Source of the DNA: an uncultured Sphingomonadales bacterium
GTDB lineage: Bacteria; Pseudomonadota; Alphaproteobacteria; Sphingomonadales; CAKZYD01
DNA: 64,000 nucleotides
Reading direction: 5' to 3'
Assembly: GCA_964590595.1 (NCBI GenBank)
Contig: CAZPXQ010000001.1
Span: 198,410-262,409 of the forward strand
Each line of letters starts with the position of its first letter. Position 1 is the first letter of the stretch. A model generated the notes under the pieces. It was not told the origin of the DNA and did no database searches. It saw nothing but the letters and a program-made list of their open reading frames with translations. Of the stretch, positions 51,467 to 62,339 are shown piece after piece. The position numbers were made by a program, and so were the translations under genes.

Positions 51467-52633
51467 ATGACATTGCGCTCTTATCTCTTCACCAGCGAAA
51501 GCGTTTCCGAAGGCCATCCCGACAAAGTCGCCGACCGGATTTCCGACACCGTGGTCGATGCCTTCATCGCCGCCGAGCCGGAAGCGCGGGTGGCATGTGA
51601 AACCCTGGTCACCACCAACCGCATCATCTTGGCTGGCGAAGTGCGTGGGCCGGAAGCAGTGATTGGCACGTTGGAGGACAAAGTGCGCGCCGCCGTTCGC
51701 GACATCGGCTATGCCCAGGAAGGCTTCCACTGGCAAAATGCCCACTATGAATGCCTGTTGCACGCCCAATCCGCCGACATCGCCCAAGGCGTCGATGCTA
51801 AGGACAACAAGGATGAAGGCGCGGGCGATCAAGGCATCATGTTCGGCTTCGCCACCGATGAAACGCCTGAGCTGATGCCGGCGCCCTTGCAATATTCGCA
51901 TAATATCCTGAAGGATCTGGCCCGCGCCCGCCATGACGGCGTGTTGGCCGAATTGGAGCCCGACGCCAAAAGCCAAGTGACCTTGCGTTATGAAGATGGC
52001 CGGCCGGTGGCGGCCACTGCCATCGTGTTGTCGACCCAGCATCGGCCGGGCCTCAAGCCCGATGATATCGCCGCCCTGGTCACGCCCTATATCCGCAAGG
52101 TACTGCCCGAAGCCTTCATCACCCGCGACACCATTTGGCATATCAACCCGACCGGCAATTTCGTCATTGGCGGTCCCGATGGCGATTGCGGACTGACCGG
52201 CCGCAAGATCATTGTCGACACCTATGGCGGCGCCGCACCCCATGGCGGCGGCGCGTTTTCCGGCAAGGATCCGACCAAGGTCGACCGTTCCGCCGCCTAT
52301 GCCTGTCGGTATCTGGCCAAGAATGTCGTCGCCGCCGGCCTCGCCAAGCGGTGCACCATTCAAATCAGCTATGCCATTGGCGTTACCCAGCCGACGTCCT
52401 TCTATGTCGATTTGCATGAAACCGGCGAAATCGACCCGATCAAGCTGGAGCGCGCCCTGCCCGACATGATCGGCGGTGCTACCCCGCGGGCGATCCGCCA
52501 GCATCTCGGTCTCAACCGGCCGATCTATGCCCGCACCGCCGCCTATGGCCATTTCGGCCGCGCCCCCGACGCCGATGGCGGCTTTAGTTGGGAACGCACC
52601 GACCTGGTCGATGCATTGAAGGCGCTGGCCTGA
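51467..52633 (+). CDS. metK: S-adenosylmethionine synthetase
   Basis: Motifs [20 protein letters not shown] and GAGDQG, plus a C-terminal GGGAFSGKD. Confidence 0.97.
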   Translation: MTLRSYLFTSESVSEGHPDKVADRISDTVVDAFIAAEPEARVACETLVTTNRIILAGEVRGPEAVIGTLEDKVRAAVRDIGYAQEGFHWQNAHYECLLHAQSADIAQGVDAKDNKDEGAGDQGIMFGFATDETPELMPAPLQYSHNILKDLARARHDGVLAELEPDAKSQVTLRYEDGRPVAATAIVLSTQHRPGLKPDDIAALVTPYIRKVLPEAFITRDTIWHINPTGNFVIGGPDGDCGLTGRKIIVDTYGGAAPHGGGAFSGKDPTKVDRSAAYACRYLAKNVVAAGLAKRCTIQISYAIGVTQPTSFYVDLHETGEIDPIKLERALPDMIGGATPRAIRQHLGLNRPIYARTAAYGHFGRAPDADGGFSWERTDLVDALKALA

Positions 52634-52726
52634 CCCCAGCCGCCGACGTGGTCTGAGGCCGCCGGCGGTCTCGACTTGGCGGCGGGCCGATGGCATCATC
52701 GCCGCGCATGGCAATGAGGCCCGCCG

Positions 52727-53890
52727 ATGACCCAGTCTTTTGTCTTTAACACGACGCCGTCGATCGTGCTGGAAGCCGGCGCGGCGCGGCGTTTTGGCGC
52801 CATCGCCGGCGCCAAGCTGGAGCGCGCGGTGCTGTTCGTCACCGACCCCGGCTTGCGCGCCTTAGGCTTGTGCGAAGCGGCACTGGCTTCGCTGGTCGAT
52901 CATGGCGCGCACGTCACGGTGTTCGACGCGGTCGAGGCCGACCCTTCGCTGGAGACATTGACCAAGGCGGTGGCGGCGGGCAAACGCGCCGGCGCGACCG
53001 GGGTGGTTGGTTTTGGCGGCGGTTCGTCGATGGATGTCGCCAAATTGGCGGCGCTGCTACTGGGCTCGGGCGAGGATTTGGCGGCGGCTTGGGGCGTGGG
53101 TCAGGCCAAGGGGCCAAGGCTGCCGCTGGTGCTGGCGCCAACAACCGCCGGCACCGGGTCGGAAGTGACGCCGATATCGATCATCACCGTCGGGGCCGAG
53201 GAAAAACGCGGCGTTTCCAGCCCGCTGATCTTGCCTGACATGGCCGTGCTCGATCCTGAATTGACGCTGTCCTTGCCGCCGGCGACGACCGCCCATACCG
53301 GCATCGACGCCATGGTGCACGCGATCGAGGCTTATGCGTCGGCCAGCCCCAATAATGGGCCCTTGTCGAAAATGCTGGCACGGCAGGCGCTGCGCCTGTT
53401 GGGCGGCAATATCGAACGCGCGGTGACAAAGGGCGACGATCTTGACGCGCGGGCGGCGATGCTGTTGGGCTCAATGCTCGCCGGCCAGGCTTTCGCCAAC
53501 GCCCCCGTCGCTGGCGTGCATGCGCTGGCGTATCCGGTCGGCGGCAGTTTTCATGTGCCGCACGGGCTGTCCAACGCATTGATGCTGCCGCATGTGCTGC
53601 GCTTCAACGCGCCCGACGCTGCCACGCTCTATGCCGATATCGCCGCCGATGCCTTCCCGCATTTGGCAAGTGACGCCGGCGTTCAAGGCCGTTGTGCGGC
53701 CTTTATCGAAGCCTTGGCGGCGCTGTCGGTCCGCTTTGGCTTGCCAACCCGCCTGCGCGACGTCGGCATTGGCGAAACCGCGCTGGCCAAGCTGGCCGCT
53801 GACGCCATGCTGCAACAACGCCTGCTCGTCAACAATCCGCGCCCCATCAACGAAGCCGATGCGCTGGCCATTTATCGGGCGGCCTGGTGA
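52727..53890 (+). CDS. Iron-containing (group III) alcohol dehydrogenase
   Basis: GGGSSMDVAK and the His-rich metal site (HTGIDAMVHAIE, HGLSNA). Confidence 0.9.
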   Translation: MTQSFVFNTTPSIVLEAGAARRFGAIAGAKLERAVLFVTDPGLRALGLCEAALASLVDHGAHVTVFDAVEADPSLETLTKAVAAGKRAGATGVVGFGGGSSMDVAKLAALLLGSGEDLAAAWGVGQAKGPRLPLVLAPTTAGTGSEVTPISIITVGAEEKRGVSSPLILPDMAVLDPELTLSLPPATTAHTGIDAMVHAIEAYASASPNNGPLSKMLARQALRLLGGNIERAVTKGDDLDARAAMLLGSMLAGQAFANAPVAGVHALAYPVGGSFHVPHGLSNALMLPHVLRFNAPDAATLYADIAADAFPHLASDAGVQGRCAAFIEALAALSVRFGLPTRLRDVGIGETALAKLAADAMLQQRLLVNNPRPINEADALAIYRAAW

Positions 53891-54336
53891 TGGCGCGGCG
53901 GCCTCCACCCTTGACCCGCGGCGATTATCGCGCGTTTCGCAGCATCCCCACCCGCTGGATGGACAATGACATTTACGGCCATGTCAACAATGTCGTGCAT
54001 TATTCGCTGTTCGACACGGCGGTCAATGGCTGGCTGATCGCGCAAGGCGCGCTTGACCTGCGCGCAAGCGATCAGATCGGGCTGGTGGTTGAGACCGGCT
54101 GTATTTATTTCGCCGAACTGACTTTTCCGGATATCGTCACCGCTGGCTTGCGGGTCAGCCATGTCGGCACATCCTCGGTCCGCTATGAGGTCGGCCTGTT
54201 CCGCAATGACGCCGAAACCGCCGCCGCCCAAGGCTTCTTCGTCCATGTCTATGTCGACCGCCAAAGCCGCCGGCCCAAACCCCTGAACGAAAAACTCCGC
54301 GCCGCGCTTGAGGAAATTTTTGTGGGGGAGGGATGA
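53887..54336 (+). CDS. 4HBT-fold acyl-CoA thioesterase (YbgC-like)
   Basis: Hot-dog thioesterase motif RWMDNDIYGHVNNVVHYSLFD. The start GTG 53887 or ATG 53890 overlaps the upstream stop. Confidence 0.85.
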   Translation: MMARRPPPLTRGDYRAFRSIPTRWMDNDIYGHVNNVVHYSLFDTAVNGWLIAQGALDLRASDQIGLVVETGCIYFAELTFPDIVTAGLRVSHVGTSSVRYEVGLFRNDAETAAAQGFFVHVYVDRQSRRPKPLNEKLRAALEEIFVGEG

Positions 54337-54382
54337 GGTGCGCACCAAAGCTTAATGCCTCAATTGCAGGAGTTATGAGGCC

Positions 54383-54658
54383 ATGTATGTATCGATAGCG
54401 GCTATCGGCTTTTTGGTCGCGGCCATGTTGTACGATGAAGGTTATCAAAAGACCGCTATTGGGCTTTTGGCCATTGTATTGATTGAGTTTGTTTCGATAA
54501 ATATTCGCTCTCTTCGGACCAAGAAAAAAACCAATAGTAACGCGGGGAATTTTTGCGGCAATACCAAGGCATGGCATTCCAAGGTGCATCGAACCACGCT
54601 CAATCCTTACTGGCCGGCACCGATCACGCGACGGCTTGTAGCCCTTTGCGTTGGATGA
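54383..54658 (+). CDS. Hypothetical small two-TM protein (low-G+C ORF)
   Basis: ATG preceded by AGGAG. The first ~45 aa form two hydrophobic helices followed by a KKK tail. The 3' part overlaps the convergent HTH gene and may not be real. Confidence 0.3.
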   Translation: MYVSIAAIGFLVAAMLYDEGYQKTAIGLLAIVLIEFVSINIRSLRTKKKTNSNAGNFCGNTKAWHSKVHRTTLNPYWPAPITRRLVALCVG

Positions 54659-54896
54659 TCGAAAGCAGCCTTAGCGCGGGACCGCCGGGACGCTTCACGC
54701 CGCGTTCCCAGTCGGAGACCAGATTGCGCGAAACGTTGAGATAAGCCGCGAATACCGGCTGCGATACGCGTTCGCGTTCACGGATGGCGCGGATTTCATT
54801 GGCCTCAAGCATCGGCGCCGGGACCAGGCATGTCCTGTCGAAATTGCGCAATGTTGCTGGCGATACCACGCCGGCATCATGCGCGTCCTTGATCAT
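54624..54896 (-). CDS. XRE-type HTH protein of the COG2944 / antitoxin-like class, with no cognate toxin gene
   Basis: TLRNFDRTCL...EIRAIRERERVSQPVFAAYLNVSRNLVSDWERGVKRPGGPALRLLSII matches the pattern of HigA2/YiaG-like antitoxins as I remember it. Only 62 nt separate it from ggt. Confidence 0.7.
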   Translation of the reverse strand: MIKDAHDAGVVSPATLRNFDRTCLVPAPMLEANEIRAIRERERVSQPVFAAYLNVSRNLVSDWERGVKRPGGPALRLLSIIQRKGLQAVA

Positions 54897-54958
54897 TTCA
54901 TGAACGGCGGCCGCGATCTCGCTGCGGTAGCCCTGCGTGAGATTTCAGCGCGCCGCCC

Positions 54959-56695
54959 TCACTCCACGCCCGCTGCCAGGGAAGCGGGGCGGCGGGGGTC
55001 GGCGGCGCCGAAGAACAGGCCGTTTTCATGCACCACCGATTGCACCGCGCCCCAAACGAATTGGCGCGGGAACAGGTCGTGACCGCGGGCTTGCAGCAGC
55101 CGCAGGGTGTCAGGCGAAAAGCCGGGTTCGATCATCAGCCGGTCGGGCCGCCATTGATGATGGAAGCGCGGTGCGGCTGCCGCGTCGGCGGCATTCATGC
55201 CGAAATCGACCATATTAACGATCACCTGCACCATGGTGGTGATGATGGTCGAACCGCCAGGCGTGCCGCTGACCAGCCAGGGCTTGCCGTCCTTCATCAC
55301 GATGAGCGGCGTCATCGACGACAGCGGCCGCTTGCCTGGGGCGATCGCATTGGCGTCATCGCCGAGCAAGCCAAAGGCATTGGGCACGCCTTCCTTGGCG
55401 GCGAAATCATCCATTTCATTGTTCAGCAGGATGCCAGTGCCCGCCGCCACCCGGCCCGAGCCATAGGAAAAATTCAGCGTGTAGGTGTTGGCAACTGCGT
55501 TGCCGGCCTTGTCCATCACTGAAAAATGCGTGGTTTGCGGTGACTCCGGCGGCAAGGTAAGGCCGGGGCCGATGGCGGCGGCCGGCCGTGCCCGGGTCAT
55601 GTCGATGGCTTGGCGGATGCGCGCGCCATAGTCCTTGGCAATCAGCGCCGCCACCGGCACATCGATGAAATCCGGATCGCCGAGATATTCGGCGCGGTCG
55701 GCATAGGCCTGTTTCATCGCTTCCGCCAATAAATGCATGGCATTGGCGCTGCCGGCACCCATCGCCGCGAGGTCATCGTTCTCGATGGTGTTGAGGATTT
55801 GCAGCACATGCACCCCGCCGGAAGAGGGCGGCGGCATCAACGCAACGTCATGGCCACGATAGCGGCCTGTGACCGGTTCGCGCTCGGCGACGCGGTAAGC
55901 GGCCAGATCGGCCTCGGTGATCAGGCCGTCATGGCTGGCCATGTCGGCGGCGATGCGGGCAGCCAGTTCGCCGCCATAAAAGCCCGCCCGGCCATGATCG
56001 CGGATTTGGCCAAGCGACCAGGCAAGATCGGCCTGCACCAACCGCTCGCCTGGTTGCGGCGGCGCGCCATCGCGCGGCAGGAAGATCGCCGCCGCCGCAT
56101 CGGAAGCCGCCAGCCGCTCGCGCGCCCGGGTCAAGGCCTGGGCCAGATCATAGCTGACGACGATGCCGTCGCGGGCCAATGCGATGGCGGGCGCAATCAC
56201 TTCGGCCACTTGCATCGTGCCATAGTGCTCCAAGGCATGCAGCAGGCCGGCGACAGTGCCGGGCACGCCGGCGGCTTGATGGCTGAAGCGGGATTTCTGC
56301 TGATCGACCTTGCCGTCGGGGCCCAAAAACATGTCGCGGGTCGCCGCCGCCGGCGCCATTTCGCGATAATCGATGGCGACGGTTTCGCCAGTTTGCGCCA
56401 AATACACCAGCATGAAGCCGCCACCGCCCAGATTGCCGGCGCGCGGCAAGGTCACCGCCAGGGCAAAGCCCACCGCCACCGCGGCGTCGACCGCATTGCC
56501 GCCCTTGGCCAGGATGTCGGCGCCGATGCGTGACGCTAGCGCTTCCTGGCTGACCACCATGCCGCCCGCCGCCACCACTGGCTGATGCCGCGCGGCGGCG
56601 TCATAGATTGGCGTGTCGCGGTCGCCGCTTGCGGTTTGCGCCCAAGCCGGCAAAATCATTGTGATACTGAGAAAAAAACTGATCAGCGCGCGCAT
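54959..56695 (-). CDS. ggt: Gamma-glutamyltransferase
   Basis: Signal peptide, autoprocessing-site Thr in PQTTHFSV, and a C-terminal GAADPRR. Confidence 0.93.
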   Translation of the reverse strand: MRALISFFLSITMILPAWAQTASGDRDTPIYDAAARHQPVVAAGGMVVSQEALASRIGADILAKGGNAVDAAVAVGFALAVTLPRAGNLGGGGFMLVYLAQTGETVAIDYREMAPAAATRDMFLGPDGKVDQQKSRFSHQAAGVPGTVAGLLHALEHYGTMQVAEVIAPAIALARDGIVVSYDLAQALTRARERLAASDAAAAIFLPRDGAPPQPGERLVQADLAWSLGQIRDHGRAGFYGGELAARIAADMASHDGLITEADLAAYRVAEREPVTGRYRGHDVALMPPPSSGGVHVLQILNTIENDDLAAMGAGSANAMHLLAEAMKQAYADRAEYLGDPDFIDVPVAALIAKDYGARIRQAIDMTRARPAAAIGPGLTLPPESPQTTHFSVMDKAGNAVANTYTLNFSYGSGRVAAGTGILLNNEMDDFAAKEGVPNAFGLLGDDANAIAPGKRPLSSMTPLIVMKDGKPWLVSGTPGGSTIITTMVQVIVNMVDFGMNAADAAAAPRFHHQWRPDRLMIEPGFSPDTLRLLQARGHDLFPRQFVWGAVQSVVHENGLFFGAADPRRPASLAAGVE

Positions 56696-56772
56696 ATTTG
56701 CTCCTTATAATCGGTCGCCATTGACGGTGATCGGGCGGCATCTGTCAACAGCGGGTGGATGGCGCGCGGGCA

Positions 56773-56800
56773 TTGACATTCAAGGCGGCGCCGATATAGT
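56773..56800 (+). promoter_or_regulatory. Sigma-70-type promoter for rplU-rpmA
   Basis: TTGACA (56773-56778), a 16-nt spacer, then TATAGT (56795-56800), about 120 nt upstream of rplU. Confidence 0.55.
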
Positions 56801-56922
56801 GCGCGCTCTTTTCGGGTTTTGGTGACGAAACCCGTGGCAAGGCCTGCGCAAAACCGCAGTTCAAGCGCCTGACAGGGTTCAGGCCCGGTTTTCAGCGGCG
56901 GATGAGAAAAAAGGAAGATGCG

Positions 56923-57321
56923 ATGTACGCGGTGATTAAGACCGGCGGCAAGCAATATAAGGTCGCGCCCGATCAATTGTTGACAGTGGAGCGCCTGCCT
57001 GGCGCCGCCGGCGACAAGGTCGAATTGACCGAAGTGTTGATGCTGGCCGATGACAAGGGCCTGAAAACCGGCACGCCATTATTGGCCGGGGTGTCGGTGC
57101 CGGCGGAGATTGTGGAACAAAAGCGCGGCGACAAGGTGCGGATATTCAAGCGCACCCGGCGTCATACCTATCGACGCAATGCCGGGCACCGGCAGGAATT
57201 GACGGTGCTGCGCATTTGCGCCTTTGGCGGCGCCAAGGCGGCGAAGAAAGCCAAGCCGGCGGCCAAGAAGGCCGAGGCCGAGGCAGCCCAGCCGGCGGCG
57301 GACAACGAGGGAAAGGAATAA
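56923..57321 (+). CDS. rplU: 50S ribosomal protein L21
   Basis: [14 protein letters not shown], with AAGGAAG as RBS, and a Lys/Ala-rich C-terminal extension. Confidence 0.95.
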   Translation: MYAVIKTGGKQYKVAPDQLLTVERLPGAAGDKVELTEVLMLADDKGLKTGTPLLAGVSVPAEIVEQKRGDKVRIFKRTRRHTYRRNAGHRQELTVLRICAFGGAKAAKKAKPAAKKAEAEAAQPAADNEGKE

Positions 57322-57324
57322 GCC

Positions 57325-57591
57325 ATGGCACATAAGAAAGCAGGTGGCAGTTCGCGCAACGGCCGCGATACCGCGGGCCGGCGCCTTGGCGTCAAGAAAT
57401 ATGGCGGTGAAGCGGTGTTGGCCGGCAATATCCTGGTGCGCCAGCGCGGTACGAAGTTCAACCCCGGCGAAAATGTCGGCATCGGCAAGGACCACACGCT
57501 GTTCGCGACGGTCGATGGCCATGTCGCGTTCCGCAAGGGTCGGCAAGGCCGCACCTATGTCGACGTGGCGCCGGCGGACGCTGGCGAATAG
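57325..57591 (+). CDS. rpmA: 50S ribosomal protein L27
   Basis: N-terminus [25 protein letters not shown]. Confidence 0.97.
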   Translation: MAHKKAGGSSRNGRDTAGRRLGVKKYGGEAVLAGNILVRQRGTKFNPGENVGIGKDHTLFATVDGHVAFRKGRQGRTYVDVAPADAGE

Positions 57592-57643
57592 CGCGGCCTT
57601 CAGCGGCCACGCCAAGGCGGGCCCATAACCAATTCCGCAATCG

Positions 57644-57670
57644 GGGAGATGGGCCGCCATCTCCCTTTTT
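57644..57670 (+). terminator. Rho-independent terminator after rpmA
   Basis: 9-bp stem GGGAGATGG/CCATCTCCC, 4-nt loop GCCG, followed by TTTTT. Confidence 0.8.
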
Positions 57671-57709
57671 GCGTTTGGCTGGTGGCCATTTTGCTGGATT
57701 GAACCCGAC

Positions 57710-58768
57710 ATGAAATTTCTCGACCAGGCCAAGATTTATTTGCGCTCCGGCGCCGGTGGTCCCGGCGCCTGTTCGTTCCGGCGCGAGAAATTTGTCGAAT
57801 TCGGCGGACCCGACGGCGGCAATGGCGGCCGTGGCGGCGATGTCTATGCGCTCTGCGTCGATGGCCTTAACACATTGATCGATTATCGCTATCAGCAGCA
57901 TTTCAAGGCGCCGCGTGGTGGCCATGGCATGGGCAAGAATCGCAATGGCGCCAAGGGCGCGGATATGGTGCTGAACGTGCCGCCCGGCACCCAGATTTTG
58001 TCGGAAGACCGCGAAACCTTACTCGCCGATCTGACCGAGGTGGGGCAAAAAGTGCTGCTGTTGGAAGGTGGCAGGGGCGGCCTTGGCAATACCGCGTTCA
58101 AATCCTCGACCAATCGCGCGCCGCGCAAGTTCCAGCCCGGCGAGCCCGCGCGCGAACAATGGGTGTGGCTGCGCTTGAAGCTGATCGCCGATGCGGGGCT
58201 GGTCGGTTTGCCCAATGCCGGTAAATCGACCTTCCTGGCCGCGACCTCGGCGGCGCGGCCGAAGATCGCCGATTATCCCTTCACCACGCTGGACCCGCAA
58301 TTGGGCGTGGTCGCGGTTGGCGGGCGTGAATTCGTGCTGGCCGACATTCCCGGCCTGATTGAAGGCGCGCACGAAGGCGTTGGCTTGGGCGACCGGTTTT
58401 TGGGCCATGTCGAGCGCTGCCGCGTGCTGCTGCATTTGCTGGATGGCACCGCCGCCAATTTGCCCACAGCCTATCGCACCGTACGGGCGGAGTTGGAAGC
58501 TTATGGCGGCGGCCTGGCGGACAAACCCGAGCTGGTCGCCATCAACAAGATCGACGCGGTCGCGCCGGCGTCGCTGGCGGCTAAGAAACGCGCGCTGGAA
58601 CGGGCGGTGGGTAAGCCAGTGCTGTTGCTGTCCGGTGTCAGCGGCGCGGGCGTTGCGGAGGTCAAACAGGCCTTGCTGGCCACCATAGACGCGGCGCGCG
58701 GTGCCGACGCGCCGGCGGACGCGGCGGCGCCGCAGTCCGATCGGGAGGCCGCATGGACGCCGATATGA
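57710..58768 (+). CDS. obgE: GTPase Obg/CgtA
   Basis: [10 protein letters not shown]..., Gly-rich Obg fold ([11 protein letters not shown]), and G1 motif GLPNAGKST. Confidence 0.95.
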   Translation: MKFLDQAKIYLRSGAGGPGACSFRREKFVEFGGPDGGNGGRGGDVYALCVDGLNTLIDYRYQQHFKAPRGGHGMGKNRNGAKGADMVLNVPPGTQILSEDRETLLADLTEVGQKVLLLEGGRGGLGNTAFKSSTNRAPRKFQPGEPAREQWVWLRLKLIADAGLVGLPNAGKSTFLAATSAARPKIADYPFTTLDPQLGVVAVGGREFVLADIPGLIEGAHEGVGLGDRFLGHVERCRVLLHLLDGTAANLPTAYRTVRAELEAYGGGLADKPELVAINKIDAVAPASLAAKKRALERAVGKPVLLLSGVSGAGVAEVKQALLATIDAARGADAPADAAAPQSDREAAWTPI

Positions 58769-59895
58769 CCGCGGTCGCGCAGCGGTTGCAAACGGCCAAG
58801 CGGCTGGTGGTCAAGGTCGGCTCCAGCCTGTTGGTCGGTAGCGACGGCCTGCGCCAGGCCTGGCTGGACAGCCTTATCGCCGATCTCGCGGCGCGCGCTG
58901 GCGCCGGCTGCCATGTCATTGTTGTGTCTTCGGGGGCGGTGGCGTTGGGCCGTCGCCGGCTGGGCTTGGCCAATGCCCGGCGCCGCCTGGCTGATGCCCA
59001 GGCCGCCGCCGCCGTTGGCCAGATCCAGTTGGCCCAAGCCTATGCCGCCGCCTTTGCTCGCCATGATCTGGTGGCGGCGCAGATGCTGCTGACCTTGTCC
59101 GACCTGGAAGGCCGGCGAACCTATCTTAACGCCCGCGAAACCCTGGAACGGCTGCTGAAACTGGGCGCGGTGCCGGTGATAAACGAAAATGATTCGACCG
59201 CGACCGAGGAAATCCGCTTCGGCGACAATGACCGGCTGGCGGCGCGGGTGGCGCAAATGGTTGGCGCCGATCTGTTGATCCTGCTGTCGGATGTCGACGG
59301 CCTTTATACCGCCGACCCCAGCCGCGACCCCGGCGCGCGATGGATTGCGGAAATTCCCATGCTGACGCCGGAGGTCGAAGCGATGGCCGGCAGCGCCGAC
59401 CGCATGGGGCCGGGCTCCGGCGGCATGGTCACCAAATTGGCGGCGGCCCGCATCGCCACTGATGCCGGCGTTGCCATGGCGATTGCCAAGGGCAGCATCG
59501 AGCATCCGCTTGAGGCGCTGCAAAAGGGTGCGCGCGCCAGCTTGTTTCATGCCGCACAACCGCGCGGCCGGGCGCGCAAGCAATGGTTGGCGGGCCGCCA
59601 GGTGCTGGCTGGCGCGCTGCTGGTCGACGCCGGCGCCGCCCGCGCCCTCGGCGCTGGTCGCAGCCTGTTGCCGGCCGGATTGGTGGCGGTCGAAGGCGAT
59701 TTCGAGCGCGGCGATGTGGTCGCCATCAAGGACCAGGCCGGACGTCTGCTGGGCCGTGGCCTGGCGGTCTATCGGGCGGCTGAAGCGGCGCTCTTGGCCG
59801 GCGCCAACAGTGGCGACATCGCCGCCCGGCTGGGCTATGCTCGCGGCCCTGAACTGGTGCATCGCGATGATCTGGTGATGGAAGCGGAGGATTGA
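58753..59895 (+). CDS. proB: Glutamate 5-kinase
   Basis: Motifs [16 protein letters not shown] and a C-terminal PUA domain. The start is 58753 or 58765. Confidence 0.93.
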   Translation: MDADMTAVAQRLQTAKRLVVKVGSSLLVGSDGLRQAWLDSLIADLAARAGAGCHVIVVSSGAVALGRRRLGLANARRRLADAQAAAAVGQIQLAQAYAAAFARHDLVAAQMLLTLSDLEGRRTYLNARETLERLLKLGAVPVINENDSTATEEIRFGDNDRLAARVAQMVGADLLILLSDVDGLYTADPSRDPGARWIAEIPMLTPEVEAMAGSADRMGPGSGGMVTKLAAARIATDAGVAMAIAKGSIEHPLEALQKGARASLFHAAQPRGRARKQWLAGRQVLAGALLVDAGAARALGAGRSLLPAGLVAVEGDFERGDVVAIKDQAGRLLGRGLAVYRAAEAALLAGANSGDIAARLGYARGPELVHRDDLVMEAED

Positions 59896-59896
59896 C

Positions 59897-61189
59897 ATGA
59901 CAGTGACCGCGACCACAGCGGCCCATGGGTTGGATGCGGTGGCGTTGATCGGCCAAATGGGGCTGGCGGCGCGGGCGGCGGCGCCGGCGCTGGCGACGGC
60001 GCCGACAGCGGCCAAGAACCAAGCGTTGATGGCGGCGGCGGCGGCCCTGCGCGCGACCAAAGCGGAAATTTTGGCCGCCAATGCCCGCGACATGGCGGCG
60101 GCCCAGGCCAAGGGCCTATCGGGGGCGATGCTCGACCGGCTGGCGCTGGACGACAAGCGCGTCGAGGCGATGGCCCAAGGCTTGGAGGCGATTGCGGGGC
60201 TCGATGATCCGGTCGGGCATGTGTTGGCGCGCTGGACCCGGCCCAATGGCCTAGTCATTGAACGCGTGGCGGTGCCGTTGGGCACCATCGGGGTGATTTA
60301 TGAATCGCGGCCCAATGTCACCGCCGATGCCGGCGCCTTGTGCTTGAAGGCCGGCAATGCGGTGATTTTGCGCGGCGGCTCGGAAAGCCAACATTCCTCG
60401 GCCGCGATTCATCAAGCCTTGGTCGCCGGGCTGCGCGCCGCTGGCCTGCCCGACAGCGCCATTCAACTGGTGCCGACCGCCGACCGCGCGGCGGTGGGCG
60501 CCCTGCTTAGCCGTCCCGACCTGATCGACATCATCGTGCCGCGTGGCGGCAAGTCATTGATCGCGCGGGTGCAGGAGGAAAGCCGGGTGCCGGTGATCGC
60601 GCATCTGGAAGGCCTGTGCCATGTCTATATCGACCGTGCCGCTGACCCCGCCAAGGCCCGTGCCATCGCGCTGAATGCCAAAATGCGCCGCACCGGCATT
60701 TGCGGGGCGATGGAAACCCTGCTGGTGGATCGCGCCGCACCCGCCGATTTGCTGGCCGCCATGCTTGACGATCTGGCCAAGGCCGGTTGTGTGCTGCGCG
60801 GCGATGATGCCGTGCAAGCCGCCGATTCGCGCGTCTTGCCCGCGACCGAGGCGGATTGGTCGACCGAGTATCTGGACGCCGTCCTGGCAGTGAAGATGGT
60901 CGACGGTGTCGATGGTGCGCTGGATCACATCGCGCGCTATGGCTCGCATCACACCGACTCCATCGTCACCGAAGATGCGGAGCGTGCGGCGCGGTTTCTG
61001 GCGCAAGTCGATAGCGCCATCGTCATGCACAACGCCTCCACCCAGTTCGCCGATGGTGGCGAGTTTGGCATGGGCGCGGAAATCGGTATTTCGACGGGCC
61101 GTCTGCACGCCCGGGGCCCGGTCGGCCTGGAGCAGCTGACCACCTATAAATATATCGTGCGTGGCGATGGTCAGGTGCGCCCGGGTTGA
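59897..61189 (+). CDS. proA: Glutamate-5-semialdehyde dehydrogenase
   Basis: 430 aa. Aldehyde dehydrogenase fold with the catalytic Cys in [14 protein letters not shown] and the motif [11 protein letters not shown]. Confidence 0.93.
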   Translation: MTVTATTAAHGLDAVALIGQMGLAARAAAPALATAPTAAKNQALMAAAAALRATKAEILAANARDMAAAQAKGLSGAMLDRLALDDKRVEAMAQGLEAIAGLDDPVGHVLARWTRPNGLVIERVAVPLGTIGVIYESRPNVTADAGALCLKAGNAVILRGGSESQHSSAAIHQALVAGLRAAGLPDSAIQLVPTADRAAVGALLSRPDLIDIIVPRGGKSLIARVQEESRVPVIAHLEGLCHVYIDRAADPAKARAIALNAKMRRTGICGAMETLLVDRAAPADLLAAMLDDLAKAGCVLRGDDAVQAADSRVLPATEADWSTEYLDAVLAVKMVDGVDGALDHIARYGSHHTDSIVTEDAERAARFLAQVDSAIVMHNASTQFADGGEFGMGAEIGISTGRLHARGPVGLEQLTTYKYIVRGDGQVRPG

Positions 61190-61872
61190 GCATGTTGCGG
61201 CCACAAGCCTTTTTGACCGGTTCCAGCCTGTGGCGGGGCCTGCGGGTGGGCTTGTTCGGGGGATCGTTCAATCCCGCCCATGATGGTCATTTGCATGTCG
61301 CCAAACAAGCGATCCGGCGGCTCGACCTGGACGCGGTCTGGTGGCTGGTGTCGCCGCAAAACCCTTTGAAAGACAAGGCAGATATGGCGCCCTTGGCGGC
61401 GCGACTGGCTTCCGCCCGGGCGATGGCGCGCCACCCCCAGATTGTCGTGACGGCGGTGGAACAAAAGCTCGGCGTGCGGCATAGCTTGCGCACGGTGCGG
61501 GCCCTGCAGGCCCGCAACCCAGACACCCGCTTTGTCTGGATCATGGGCGCCGACAATCTGGCGGGTTTGCATCGCTGGCAGGGATGGCGGCAATTGATGC
61601 GCGCCGTGGCGATTGCCGTGATCGATCGTCCGGGTTATTCTCATGCTTGTCTGACGGCGCCGGCGGCACGGGCGTTTGGCTTTGCCCGTGTCGATGGCAG
61701 GCGCGCCAAGCTGTTGGCCCAGATGCAGCCGCCCTGTTGGGCGATGATCCGCGGGCCACTGCATCGGGCGTCGGCCACGGCGTTGCGGCGGGCGGGCGCG
61801 ACTGGCTTGAAGCAAGGCGGGTCGCTGGACAGCAGGTCGCTTGAGACCGATCAAGGCTCAAGGGCCGATTAA
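61186..61872 (+). CDS. nadD: Nicotinate-nucleotide adenylyltransferase
   Basis: [11 protein letters not shown] (the HxGH motif). The start is TTG 61186 (overlapping the proA stop) or ATG 61192. Confidence 0.9.
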   Translation: MSMLRPQAFLTGSSLWRGLRVGLFGGSFNPAHDGHLHVAKQAIRRLDLDAVWWLVSPQNPLKDKADMAPLAARLASARAMARHPQIVVTAVEQKLGVRHSLRTVRALQARNPDTRFVWIMGADNLAGLHRWQGWRQLMRAVAIAVIDRPGYSHACLTAPAARAFGFARVDGRRAKLLAQMQPPCWAMIRGPLHRASATALRRAGATGLKQGGSLDSRSLETDQGSRAD

Positions 61873-61885
61873 GAAGGAGTAGGGA

Positions 61886-62320
61886 TTGCAAGCCATCTCA
61901 TCTGCATCGCCGCGGCGCGATGCGCGGTCGCAGCCGACCGCATCTGGCGGCCCCTTTGCCGACAGCGAAGCCGGCCGACTTTATGACCTTGTGCTCCACT
62001 GTCTGGATGACGGCAAGGCGGAGGACATCGTCACCATCGATTTGCGCGGAAAATCCACCATCGCTGATTTCATGGTCATCGCCTCCGGGCGGTCGCAGCG
62101 TCAGGTCACGGCATTGGCCGACCGGCTGTTGCGCGCCTTCAAGGATGCTGGCCTGGGTTCGGCCAAGGTCGAAGGCATGGCCGGCGGCGATTGGGTGCTG
62201 ATTGACGCTGGCGATGGCATCATTCACCTGTTTCGGCCGGAAGTGCGGGACTTTTACAATCTTGAGAAAATGTGGTCGCTCGATCCCGCGCCCGCACCGG
62301 ACGCGCCGGATGCGCTGTAA
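61886..62320 (+). CDS. rsfS: Ribosome silencing factor RsfS
   Basis: DIVTIDLRGKSTIADFMVIASGRSQRQV and WVLIDAGDGIIHLFRPEVRDFYNLEKMW. TTG start with GAAGGAG upstream. Confidence 0.92.
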   Translation: MQAISSASPRRDARSQPTASGGPFADSEAGRLYDLVLHCLDDGKAEDIVTIDLRGKSTIADFMVIASGRSQRQVTALADRLLRAFKDAGLGSAKVEGMAGGDWVLIDAGDGIIHLFRPEVRDFYNLEKMWSLDPAPAPDAPDAL

Positions 62321-62339
62321 GAGCGGACGCTAGGCCCCG

